64,000 nt of DNA, taken from contig JAWKVW010000017.1 of NCBI GenBank assembly GCA_041397845.1, positions 3,503 to 67,502 of the forward strand. Reading direction: 5' to 3'. This document shows, in pieces, positions 20,836 to 28,871 of this stretch (positions are counted from its first letter, which is position 1; the number at the start of each line of letters is the position of its first letter). Made by a program: the position numbers and the translations under genes. Below the pieces are notes generated by a model. The model saw only the letters and a program-made list of their open reading frames with translations, ran no database searches and was not told the DNA's origin. This stretch comes from Hyphomicrobiales bacterium. GTDB taxonomy: Bacteria; Pseudomonadota; Alphaproteobacteria; Rhizobiales; JAKPQE01.

Positions 20836-21719
20836 GACGGTGGATAGCCGCCAAGGACCGGGTTGGTCGCGACCTCGGCGAGCCTGGCCGAAAACAGCGA
20901 CTGCTCCCGCGCCTGCCAGACCTGGTAGCCGATGAGCCCGGCAAAGGCGAGGGCAAGGCCGCCGACGATGAAATAGGCAAGGCGCGGCTGCCGCGACGCC
21001 TCGATCTGGCTGAGACGGTCGATGAGGTCGTCATGCAGGCCGCGCAGCACGTCGCGGATCGGGTCCTGCCCGGCGGAATCGAGAAATGGCGGCAGCGTCT
21101 CGAGAAAGCCGAGGAAGGCGTCGTCGACCGCATCCTCGATCGGCGCCGAACTGGAGCCAAGGCCGATGGCTGCCACCGCAAACCGCGGCGAAGCCCTGAG
21201 GAAGGCCTTGCGGCCGCCGAGGTCGATGGAGCGGATGCCGCCACCCTTCGAGCGCAGCGCCTCCTCGGCGAAATCGAGAATGGCTGAAAGCATGCCGCCG
21301 ACGAGCGTCAGGTTCTCGCCGCTGCCGGCCTCCGTCGGCGGCCAACTGCCGATCATCGTGCCGTTGCTGTGGTCGATGAGCAGGATCTGCTGCGGACGAA
21401 AGGCGGTCGCCTCCGCCAGCACCAGCTCGCCATAGCTTCGTCCGGTCAGGAATGCCTTCAGCCGCAGCCGCCAGCGACGCGGCGACAGGGCGGATTCGAG
21501 CCGGGCATTGATGTCGGCCAGCAGGTTCTGGAACGCCTTCGCGACCGCCGTCGACACCAGCCGGCCGGTGATCGGATAGAGCGCCTCGACCATCATGTCG
21601 CGCGACTGCGCGATCTCCGAGCGGATGCCGGCGACGACGAGCGGCGCGATCGCCGCTGACAGGCCGCGATGGTCCTCGACCTCCGCCTGCCGCAGCGCGG
21701 CGACGAGGCTGTTGGCCAC
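20832..21719 (-). CDS. Membrane protein segment with a Roadblock/LC7-like alpha/beta region and a C-terminal TM helix
   Basis: The Roadblock-like pattern is QQILLIDHSNGTMIGSW...LVGGMLSAILDFAEEAL...IRSIDLGGRKAFLRASPRFAVAAIG. The TM helix is LAYFIVGGLALAFAGLIGY. The frame stays open and coding-like for 35 more codons upstream, to 21824 (SVSLLEEEQQKLERLGRDVDDFAGKF...), with no ATG. Confidence 0.6.
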   Translation of the reverse strand: MANSLVAALRQAEVEDHRGLSAAIAPLVVAGIRSEIAQSRDMMVEALYPITGRLVSTAVAKAFQNLLADINARLESALSPRRWRLRLKAFLTGRSYGELVLAEATAFRPQQILLIDHSNGTMIGSWPPTEAGSGENLTLVGGMLSAILDFAEEALRSKGGGIRSIDLGGRKAFLRASPRFAVAAIGLGSSSAPIEDAVDDAFLGFLETLPPFLDSAGQDPIRDVLRGLHDDLIDRLSQIEASRQPRLAYFIVGGLALAFAGLIGYQVWQAREQSLFSARLAEVATNPVLGGYPPS

Positions 21720-21853
21720 TGCCCGTTCGAACTTGTCGGAACTGCCGAATTTGCCGGCGAAATCGTCAACGTCGCGGCCGAGGCGTTCAAGCTTTTGCTG
21801 CTCCTCCTCGAGCAGCGAGACGCTTCAACTCATGGAAATGGCCGTTCCCCTGA

Positions 21854-22318
21854 TCAGTCTCGTGCAGCATCATCTGCCGCTGGCTTGGTCGCGAGCGCGG
21901 AGATCTGCCGCCCGACCTCCTCGATTGCCGCCCCGATCGACCGGATCGTCCGCGCCTGCTCGACTTCGGTGCGCCGGGCAAGCTCGTCGAGCCGCCGGTC
22001 GATGCCGTCGAGGCGATCGGCCAGCCGATGCTCGAGCAGCCGCAGGGCGTCGTTGAGCTCGGCGATATTGCCGTCATGCTTGCGATTGCTGTCGCCGAAC
22101 AGAAGCTCGCGCACCTGATCGAGCGGATTGCTCTCCGCCCCGTTCGGCTGACCGGGCGTTGCTGCCTGCATCGCCGCGCGCACGCCGGCAAGGCTCACCC
22201 CGTTGCCCCCCTGGCGAAGGGGAACCGGACCTTGCGCTGCTCTGCTGCTGGGGCTTGGGCTGCTGAAACTGCTCCGTGCCGTTGGCCGGCCGGCTGTTTT
22301 CTTCGGGCATGTGCACAC
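21854..22318 (-). CDS. Coiled-coil protein segment (start uncertain; possibly the N-terminal part of the same envelope protein)
   Basis: The heptad-rich sequence is NPLDQVRELLFG...LNDALRLLEHRLADRLDGIDRRLDELARRTEVEQART. The best SD plus ATG (GGGAGAG-N9-ATG at 22308, MPEENSRPANGTEQFQQPK) is in a different frame, the same frame as 20832..21824. Confidence 0.5.
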   Translation of the reverse strand: MCTCPKKTAGRPTARSSFSSPSPSSRAAQGPVPLRQGGNGVSLAGVRAAMQAATPGQPNGAESNPLDQVRELLFGDSNRKHDGNIAELNDALRLLEHRLADRLDGIDRRLDELARRTEVEQARTIRSIGAAIEEVGRQISALATKPAADDAARD

Positions 22319-22499
22319 GCTCCCGTAGGCGTAATTCTTCTGGTTACGTTTCGTTTACCATCTTTGGCAGGGGAGCGGAACAGCGGTAAAGCAGAGAATT
22401 TCGCCGATTACGCACCGGAGAACTACGCGCGTAGTCGCGCCGCCCGGCAGGCCTGGGAATGTCGGCCGATCCAGCCTGCTGCTTTCACCGCGCCGCCGT

Positions 22500-22942
22500 T
22501 CAGACGAAGCAGACCTCGGCCTCCTCTACCTCGGCGACGTTCTCGTCGATGGACTTCTTCATCGCCATGTCATGGCCGAGGATGTGTTCCACCAGCCAGT
22601 CCTTCAGGAGGTTGGTCGTTGCCCGGATGAGGCCGGGCAGGTGTGAAGGTTCCGCGATTCGAGCTTCTCGGTGATCTGGTCCAGCCGCCGGGCCAGCACG
22701 GCGTGCTCGCGCTCATGCTCGGCCCCGTCGATGAAGTTGATCGAGCGCTGGAACGCCTCCTCACGTACGAAATGATGCCGCATGTGCCGGCGCAGGGTAT
22801 CAATGATTTCAATTGCCCGCTCGCGGCAGGCCTCATGTGACTTCATGTGGATGAAGTCATTGACGATGAAGATGGCGATGCGGTGATCATCGTCGATGAC
22901 GCCATTGTCGATCGTCAGTTTCTCATCCCAGCGGATCTCCAT
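22500..22942 (-). pseudogene. Bacteriohemerythrin-like protein interrupted by one frameshift near 22645
   Basis: The N-terminal 100 aa are in ORF 22604..22942 (MEIRWDEKLTIDNGVIDDDH...EHEREH). The conserved C-terminus LPGLIRATTNLLKDWLVEHILGHDMAMKKSIDEN... continues in another frame to the stop at 22500-22502. Confidence 0.75.
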
Positions 22943-23110
22943 GGCTAACCTCTTTTCCGGCGCTTGTTTTTCGGAGTGTTTTCTCCTGTATCATTCGAAT
23001 AAAATTCAAATAAGTAATTAACGCCATGAAGAATTAGTTAATAGTTCTTAATGTCGTAATTCAATATTTTACCGCCCAGTAATTTAGTGGGCGATACAGA
23101 GTATTTATCC
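22943..23110. promoter_or_regulatory. Conspicuously AT-rich intergenic island upstream of the hemerythrin gene
   Basis: The stretch tcattcgaataaaattcaaataagtaattaacgccatgaagaattagttaatagttcttaatgtcgtaattcaatatttta stands out in an otherwise GC-rich window. It is likely promoter or nucleoid-protein binding DNA. Confidence 0.5.
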
Positions 23111-23304
23111 GGAAAGCATGACGCAACGTAAGAGGCCGCCCGGCGGGCAGGGCAGCCGGACACCCGCCAGTGGCTGATGGCATGCGTAGCGGCGTACCCT
23201 GCCGGCCTCGGTCCGATGTGACCCGGCGGCATGGGAATGTGTCAACGCGATGCCGGGGCCTTCGCCGGGGCCTCTGGCGCGGTCGGGGGATGTTCTGGCG
23301 GACG

Positions 23305-23673
23305 TTATTTGCCAGCCGTGGCGCCGAGTGGCTGCTGTTGTGAGCTGGCGCAGAAGACCTTTCCGGCATCGCTCTCGGCCGGGGTGCACCCGTCGGCGCC
23401 GACTGGCGCGGCCTCGAAGCCATCGGCCTTCAGCACGACGCGATAGTCATAGCGCGGCGCATCCTTCGGCGCGTTGCGGTCATATTTCGAGACCTCGATG
23501 TCGCTCGGCGCGCAGCGCGTCTCGATAATCCCGATACCGGCCTTTTCCAGCACCGGCTTGACCTGCTCGAGCCGGGCAGCGCACGCCTCGAGGCTCTCCG
23601 TTTCGCCGAAGCTCACATGGGTCGAGCCGTCTGTCCCGAGGGTGAGCAGCAGCATGATGATCTTCATCGACAT
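23305..23673 (-). CDS. Small hypothetical protein with a hydrophobic N-terminus (possibly exported), 4 Cys
   Basis: GGAGG lies 7 nt before the ATG at 23673. The protein begins MSMKIIMLLLTLG... No recognisable family. Confidence 0.5.
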   Translation of the reverse strand: MSMKIIMLLLTLGTDGSTHVSFGETESLEACAARLEQVKPVLEKAGIGIIETRCAPSDIEVSKYDRNAPKDAPRYDYRVVLKADGFEAAPVGADGCTPAESDAGKVFCASSQQQPLGATAGK

Positions 23674-23823
23674 CGGCGAACCTCCTTGCAGATCTGAACC
23701 GGCGCGGCTGGAACCGCGCCGAAGCAAGGTCTATGCGATGCTGCCGCGCGGCTCAACCGTCGAGACGGCGAGTGACCCGCCACGTGTCGCGGCAAAACCG
23801 CCCCGATTCCTCGAAACGCCGCC

Positions 23824-24300
23824 TCAGTCGGCCTCGCGGGTCCGGCAGCCGCCGGCCTTCATGGCGCAGTCGGCTTCCGCGCAATCGTCATGGCAGAAAA
23901 GGTCGTACACCGTCTCGATGACGGTCCGCACCCTGTCGCTCGCCAGCGAATAGAAAATGTTCTTGCCGTCGCGCCGGGTGGCGACGACCTTTTCGGCCCG
24001 CAGCCGCGCCAGATGCTGCGACAGCGCCGACTGGCGAATGCCGAGCAGGGTCTCGAGCTCGCTCACCGACCGCTCGCCCTCGGCAAGCGTGCAGAGCACC
24101 TGCAGCCGCCCCTCGTTACCGAAGAGCTTGAGGAAATTGCACGGCGCCGACGCATTGTCGGTCAGCCGGCCGAGATGCCGCGCGCCGCTGCGTCTTGCGG
24201 TCTCGGCGGTGCCCCGCCGCACCTTGGCCGCGGGCGCCGCGATTTGCCGGCGCGCCGGCGTCGCGTCCTCGGCAAGATTGGTGGTCATCAAATCCGTCAT
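23824..24300 (-). CDS. ArsR/SmtB-family metalloregulator
   Basis: The winged-HTH core is LKLFGNEGRLQVLCTLAEGERSVSELETLLGIRQSALSQHLARLRAEKVVATRRDGKNIFYSL, followed by a Cys-rich C-terminal tail. The longer ORF to 25479 is an out-of-frame read of the ATPase gene. Confidence 0.85.
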   Translation of the reverse strand: MTDLMTTNLAEDATPARRQIAAPAAKVRRGTAETARRSGARHLGRLTDNASAPCNFLKLFGNEGRLQVLCTLAEGERSVSELETLLGIRQSALSQHLARLRAEKVVATRRDGKNIFYSLASDRVRTVIETVYDLFCHDDCAEADCAMKAGGCRTREAD

Positions 24301-24358
24301 GCTGAAATCGATCCCTTGGCATGGGCGCGCCGCGGCGAGGGCCCGCGTGCGTCCCGTT

Positions 24359-24378
24359 GTTGCAGTGCACACTGCAAC
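24359..24378. promoter_or_regulatory. 20-bp palindrome upstream of the arsR-like gene (operator candidate)
   Basis: GTTGCAGTG-ca-CACTGCAAC lies 58 nt upstream of the ATG at 24300. No U tract follows it on the minus strand, so an operator is favoured over a terminator. Confidence 0.4.
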
Positions 24379-24404
24379 ATTTGAGAATGATTTGCAATAA
24401 CGAC

Positions 24405-27182
24405 TTATCGCCGCGGCAGCAGACGGCCGAGCCAGTCCCGGGCGAAGATCGACCGCCGGATCGATTTCTCGATTTCGAGGATAAGCATCAGCACGATGCC
24501 GGACGCGACGATGAGGGCGCCGTCGACAAACCCGATCGGCCGGGTGTTGAACAGAAACTGCATCGCCGGCAGGTAGGTGAAGGCGAACTGCAGGGCGACG
24601 ATGCCGCCGACGCCGACGAGCACCGCCGGTGTGCCGAGCATGCCGCGCCAGGTGATCGAGGCGCCGTGCAGGTAGCGCACCGAGAAGAGGTAGAAGATCT
24701 CCATGACGACGACCGTGTTGACGACCATCGTCCGCCCGGTCTCGGCGGAAAGGCCGCGTGCCTCGGCATAGGCGAACATCGCGAACGCGCCGGCCGCGAC
24801 GAGCACCGACACGAGACCGACGCGCCAGAGCAGGAAGCCGGAAAGGATCGCCTCGTCGACCCGGCGTGGCGGCCGGTTCATGATGTCCGGCTCGGCCGGC
24901 TCGAAGGCGAGCACCAGCCCGAGCCCGACCGCCGTCACCATGTTGACCCAGAGGATCTGCGCCGGCGTGATCGGCAGCGTCAGGCCGAACAGGATGCCGG
25001 CGATGATGATCAGCGTCTCGCCGCCATTGGTCGGCAGCGTCCAGCCGATCACCTTGGTGAGGTTGTCGTAGACGATCCGTCCCTCGCGCACGGCCGCGAC
25101 GATCGAGGCGAAATTGTCGTCGACGAGCACCATGTCGGCCGCTTCCTTGGCCGCCTCGGTGCCATTGCCGCCCATGGCAACGCCGACATCGGCACGCTTC
25201 AGGGCAGGGGCGTCGTTGACCCCGTCGCCGGTCATGGCAACGACATTGCCGGCCGCCTGCAGCGCCTTGACGAGGCGCAGCTTGTGTTCCGGACTGGTGC
25301 GGGCAAAGACGCTGGTCGCGGTCGCGGCCGCCTCGAGCGCCGCGCCGTCGAGGGCCTCGATGCCGTCGCCCGGCAGGGGCGGGCGCCCGCCGTCGATGCC
25401 GAGTTCGGCTGCGATGGCTCGCGCCGTCGCCGTGTGGTCGCCGGTGATCATCTTGACCGAGATGCCGGCGCTGCGGCACTCGGCGACCGCCGCGATCGCC
25501 TCCGGGCGCGGCGGGTCGATCAGCCCGACGAGACCGGCAAGCACCAGATCCTCGCCGATGTCGGCAAGGGAAAGCTCGCGGCGATGGCAGCTCGCCGGCC
25601 GGGTCGCAAGCGCCAGCACGCGCTGGCCGCGCCCCGCCAGCCTCTCGACCGAGGCTTCCCAGTAGTCCCGGTCGATCGGCCGCCGGCCGTCCGCCGTCGC
25701 CTCGAAGGCGGCAAGCTCGATCAGCCGCTCCGGTGCCCCCTTGAGGCAGATGAGGGCGCTGTCGTCATGGCCGTGATGCAGCGTCGCCATGAAGCGATAG
25801 GCCGCATCGAACGGGATTTCGTCGATCCGCGGCAGCGCCTTTGCCTCGTCGTCGCCGTCAAGGCCGGCCTTGAGGCCGAGCGCGGCGAGCGCCCCCTCCA
25901 TCGGATCGCCGTCGACGAACCAGCGCCCGTCGGTCTCGTGCAGGGCCGCGTCGTTGCAGATGAGCGCCGCCCGCGCCAGCGTGACGAGTACGCGATCGCT
26001 TTCCGGCGAGATTTCCCGGCCCGCCAGCGAAAAGCCGCCCTTCGGCGCATAGCCCTCGCCGCCGACGTCATACTGGCGCTCGGCGGTGACGACCGAGGTC
26101 ACCGTCATCTCGTTGCGCGTCAGCGTCCGGTCTTGTCCGAGCAGATCGTCGACACCGAGCCGAGCGTCTCGACCGCCGGCAGCGCCGGATGATGGCGTTG
26201 CGCGCCGCCATCCGCTGCACGCCGATTGCCAGCGTCACGGTAAGGACAGCCGGCAAACCTTCCGGAATTGCCGCCACCGCCATGCCGACGATCGCCATGA
26301 AGGCCTCGTCGAGCGCATAGCCGCGCACCCAGACCGCAAAGGCGAAGGTGGCGACCGACAGGCCGAGGATGATGAAGGTGAGCTGCCGGGCAAAGACGTT
26401 CATTTGCCGGATAAGCGGTGTTTCCAGCCGCTCCACCTGGCCGAGCAGCCGGCTGATCCGGCCAAGCTCGGTTGCCACGCCGGTGGCGACGACGACGCCG
26501 CTTCCCTGGCCGGCGGTGACGAGCGTGCCCGAGAATGCCATCGACCGGCGATCGCCGAGCGCGGCGTCGGCGGCGGCCGGCGCGACGGTCTTTTCGGCCG
26601 GAACGGATTCGCCGGTCGGGATCGTTCATCGACCCTCAGATTTCGCGCCCGGACGAGCCGCGCATCGGCCGTCACCCGAGTCGCCGGCTTCCATGAGCAG
26701 GATGTCGCCGGGCACGACCTCGGCGGCCGGTATCGACATCCGGTGGCCGCCGCGCGGCACCGAGGAGCACGCGGGCTGATCATGCTGCGGATCGATTCGA
26801 GCGCCCGTTCGGCCTTTCCTTCCTGGATGAAGCCGATCACCGCATTGATGACGACAACCCCGAGAATGACGCCGGTGTCAACGCCGTGACCGAGCAGGAA
26901 AGTCACGACCGCCGAGACGAGCAGCACATGGATGAGCAGATTGTTGAACTGCTCGAGAAACCGGCGCCAGGCCGGTGTCGGCGGGCTGGTGGGCAGGGCG
27001 TTCGGCCCGTGCGCCTCGAGCCGCCGCGCCGCTTCGCTGGTCGAAAGACCGCTCGTCGTGCTGGCGTGCGCCGACAGGACCTCTTCGAAATCTGATGCGT
27101 GCCAGTCGGCGGCCTGCGCAATGCCCGGACGCGGTGTCGCTCCGGCCGCGTTCTTCGCGGTGGTTCTTCCGGGTGTCGACAT
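24405..27182 (-). pseudogene. Cation-transporting P-type ATPase (type II, Ca2+/Mg2+-like) with at least 5 frame changes
   Basis: The N-terminus is MSTPGR...LSTSEAARRLEAHGPNALP (from 27182). VPRGGHRMSIPAAEVVPGDILLMEAGD, RVTADARLVRARNLRVDE, TGESVPAEK...PEGLPAVLTVTLAIGVQRMAARNAIIRR, LPAVETLGSVSTICSDKTG and TRNEMTVTSVV... each sit in a different frame from their neighbours. The C-terminal 567 aa (24405..26108, TGDGVNDAPALKRADVGVAMG) are intact. Confidence 0.85.
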
Positions 27183-27310
27183 GATCGGGCTCCTCGCATC
27201 GGCCGGGACGGTCCCTTTTCCGATGTGTGCCCGCCGCGCCGTCGGCACCAGAGGGGTGCCACGGAATGTCGCTGTTCGAATCCGACGGGTTTTGACGGCC
27301 TTGCCGAGAC

Positions 27311-28096
27311 TTAGCGGCGCGCCCCGAGCGCCTGGCTGATCCGTGCCGCGCACGCGTTGAGCGGCGGCAGCATGCCGTTCAGGATCTCGTCCCGGCTGGT
27401 CCGGTTCGCCTGCGTGCTGAGATTGAGGGCGGCCACCGTCTTGCCCGTCTTGTCGGTGATCGGCACCGCGATCGAGCGCAGCCCGAGCTCCAGTTCCTCG
27501 TCGACATAGGCGTATTTTTGCCGGCGTACCTGGTCGATGATCGCGCGCAGCATGCCCGGCTCGGTCACCGTTTGCGCCGTGAACCGCTGCAGCGGCGCAT
27601 TCGAGATGAAGCAGTCGAGCTGCTCGCTCGTCAGTCCGGCCAGCAGCACGCGCCCCATCGACGTCGCATGCGCCGGCAGGCGGGTGCCGACATTGAGCGA
27701 GATCGACATCACCCGTTTCGTCGTCGGCACGCGGGCGACATAGACGACCTCGAATTCGTCAAGGACCGAGGCCGAGCAGGATTCGTGCACCGCCTCGACC
27801 AGTTCCTCCATCAGCGGCTGGGCGATCTCCCAAAGCCCGAGCGAGGACAGGTACGAGAAGCCGAGATTGAGGATCTTCGGCTTGAGGAAGAAGTTCCGGC
27901 CGTCGAATCCGGCATAGCCAAGCTCGACGAGCGTATGCAGCAGCCGCCGCGATGCCGCCCGGCTGAAGCCGGTGCGCCGCGCCACGTCGCTCAGCGAAAG
28001 GCTTGGATTTTCATGGTCGAAGGCCTCGATGACCGCAAGACCGCGCGCCAGCGACTGCACGAAATCGCGCCCGTCGCCGTCGTTTTCGCTTGACAC
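27311..28096 (-). CDS. IclR-family transcriptional regulator (PcaR/PobR-like)
   Basis: An N-terminal HTH (DFVQSLARGLAVIEAF...SLSDVARRTGFSRAASRRLLHTLVELGY) is followed by an IclR effector domain. GGGAGGGG lies 7 nt before the GTG at 28096. The ORF-track start at 28210 is probably too long. Confidence 0.85.
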   Translation of the reverse strand: MSSENDGDGRDFVQSLARGLAVIEAFDHENPSLSLSDVARRTGFSRAASRRLLHTLVELGYAGFDGRNFFLKPKILNLGFSYLSSLGLWEIAQPLMEELVEAVHESCSASVLDEFEVVYVARVPTTKRVMSISLNVGTRLPAHATSMGRVLLAGLTSEQLDCFISNAPLQRFTAQTVTEPGMLRAIIDQVRRQKYAYVDEELELGLRSIAVPITDKTGKTVAALNLSTQANRTSRDEILNGMLPPLNACAARISQALGARR

Positions 28097-28118
28097 GATT
28101 TTTCCCCTCCCGCTAGCA

Positions 28119-28154
28119 TGTGCGCATAACGAACGTATGTTCGCAATGCGCACA
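28119..28154. promoter_or_regulatory. 36-bp near-perfect palindrome in the iclR / dioxygenase divergent promoter (operator candidate)
   Basis: TGTGCGCATAACGAACGTATGTTCGCAATGCGCACA is self-complementary at 30 of 36 positions. The outer 9-bp arms are perfect. Confidence 0.6.
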
Positions 28155-28316
28155 ATCTGACGAGGCCCACCAAGGTGCCGCCGCCCATATGACGGCAGGC
28201 ACCAATGCAATCAAGCGCCTTGTCGAGAAAGTCCGCATCGCGATCGTCGGCCGGCCGCCCGGTTCAACATTTGCCGACCCCCGCATCAAGCTGAGGGGCG
28301 GCGGGAGGAAAGACCA

Positions 28317-28814
28317 ATGAGCGCATACCACACGGTATTCGGCTCTCTCGAGAACTACGAGAAGGGCCACATCGAGATCATCAACGACAAGCCGAAGCAC
28401 TATTGCTTCTCGAATGTGTTCGAGGTCGCCGACAAGTCGGCGCCTTACGAGAAGGTCGCGGTCGCCCGCAATCTGGAAAATGTCATCGAGGCCGTGCGCG
28501 CCGAGGGCAATTCGCCCTGGTTCACCAACTCCCATGACGAGTTCGCGCTGGTCATGGACGGCGAGGTCGAGGTCCATTTCCACAAGGCGGTCGGCGACGA
28601 GGTCGTCTCCGAGGAGAGCGAGGGCACCCACGCCATTGCCGGCGAGCCGCAGGGCCCGCGCATGGGCCGCGTCGTCCTGCGCCGCGGCCATCAGGCGATC
28701 CTGCCGAAGGGCTCGGTCTACCAGTTCCGCGCCGCCCGTCCGAGCGTGATCATGCAGCAGACCATCGTCGGGCCGCTGACCGTCCAGAAGTGGGCGGACA
28801 TCTGCTACACCTGA
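28317..28814 (+). CDS. Hydroquinone 1,2-dioxygenase small subunit-like protein (HapC/PnpC type), tentative
   Basis: 165 aa (~18 kDa). It directly precedes a 331-aa partner, an aldehyde dehydrogenase and a maleylacetate reductase, which matches the hapCDEF/pnpCDEF gene order. The assignment rests on size and context only. Confidence 0.5.
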   Translation: MSAYHTVFGSLENYEKGHIEIINDKPKHYCFSNVFEVADKSAPYEKVAVARNLENVIEAVRAEGNSPWFTNSHDEFALVMDGEVEVHFHKAVGDEVVSEESEGTHAIAGEPQGPRMGRVVLRRGHQAILPKGSVYQFRAARPSVIMQQTIVGPLTVQKWADICYT

Positions 28815-28871
28815 TCCCTCTCGGGTTCCGCACAGACCACCTCGCGATCACATGAATTCGGGAGCAATCCG

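Noticed and set aside
27274-27283. GTTCGAATCC, a tRNA T-loop-like string in the iclR/ATPase intergenic region
   Set aside because: The flanking sequence does not form a 5-bp T-stem with a 7-nt loop. No acceptor, D or anticodon arms could be built.
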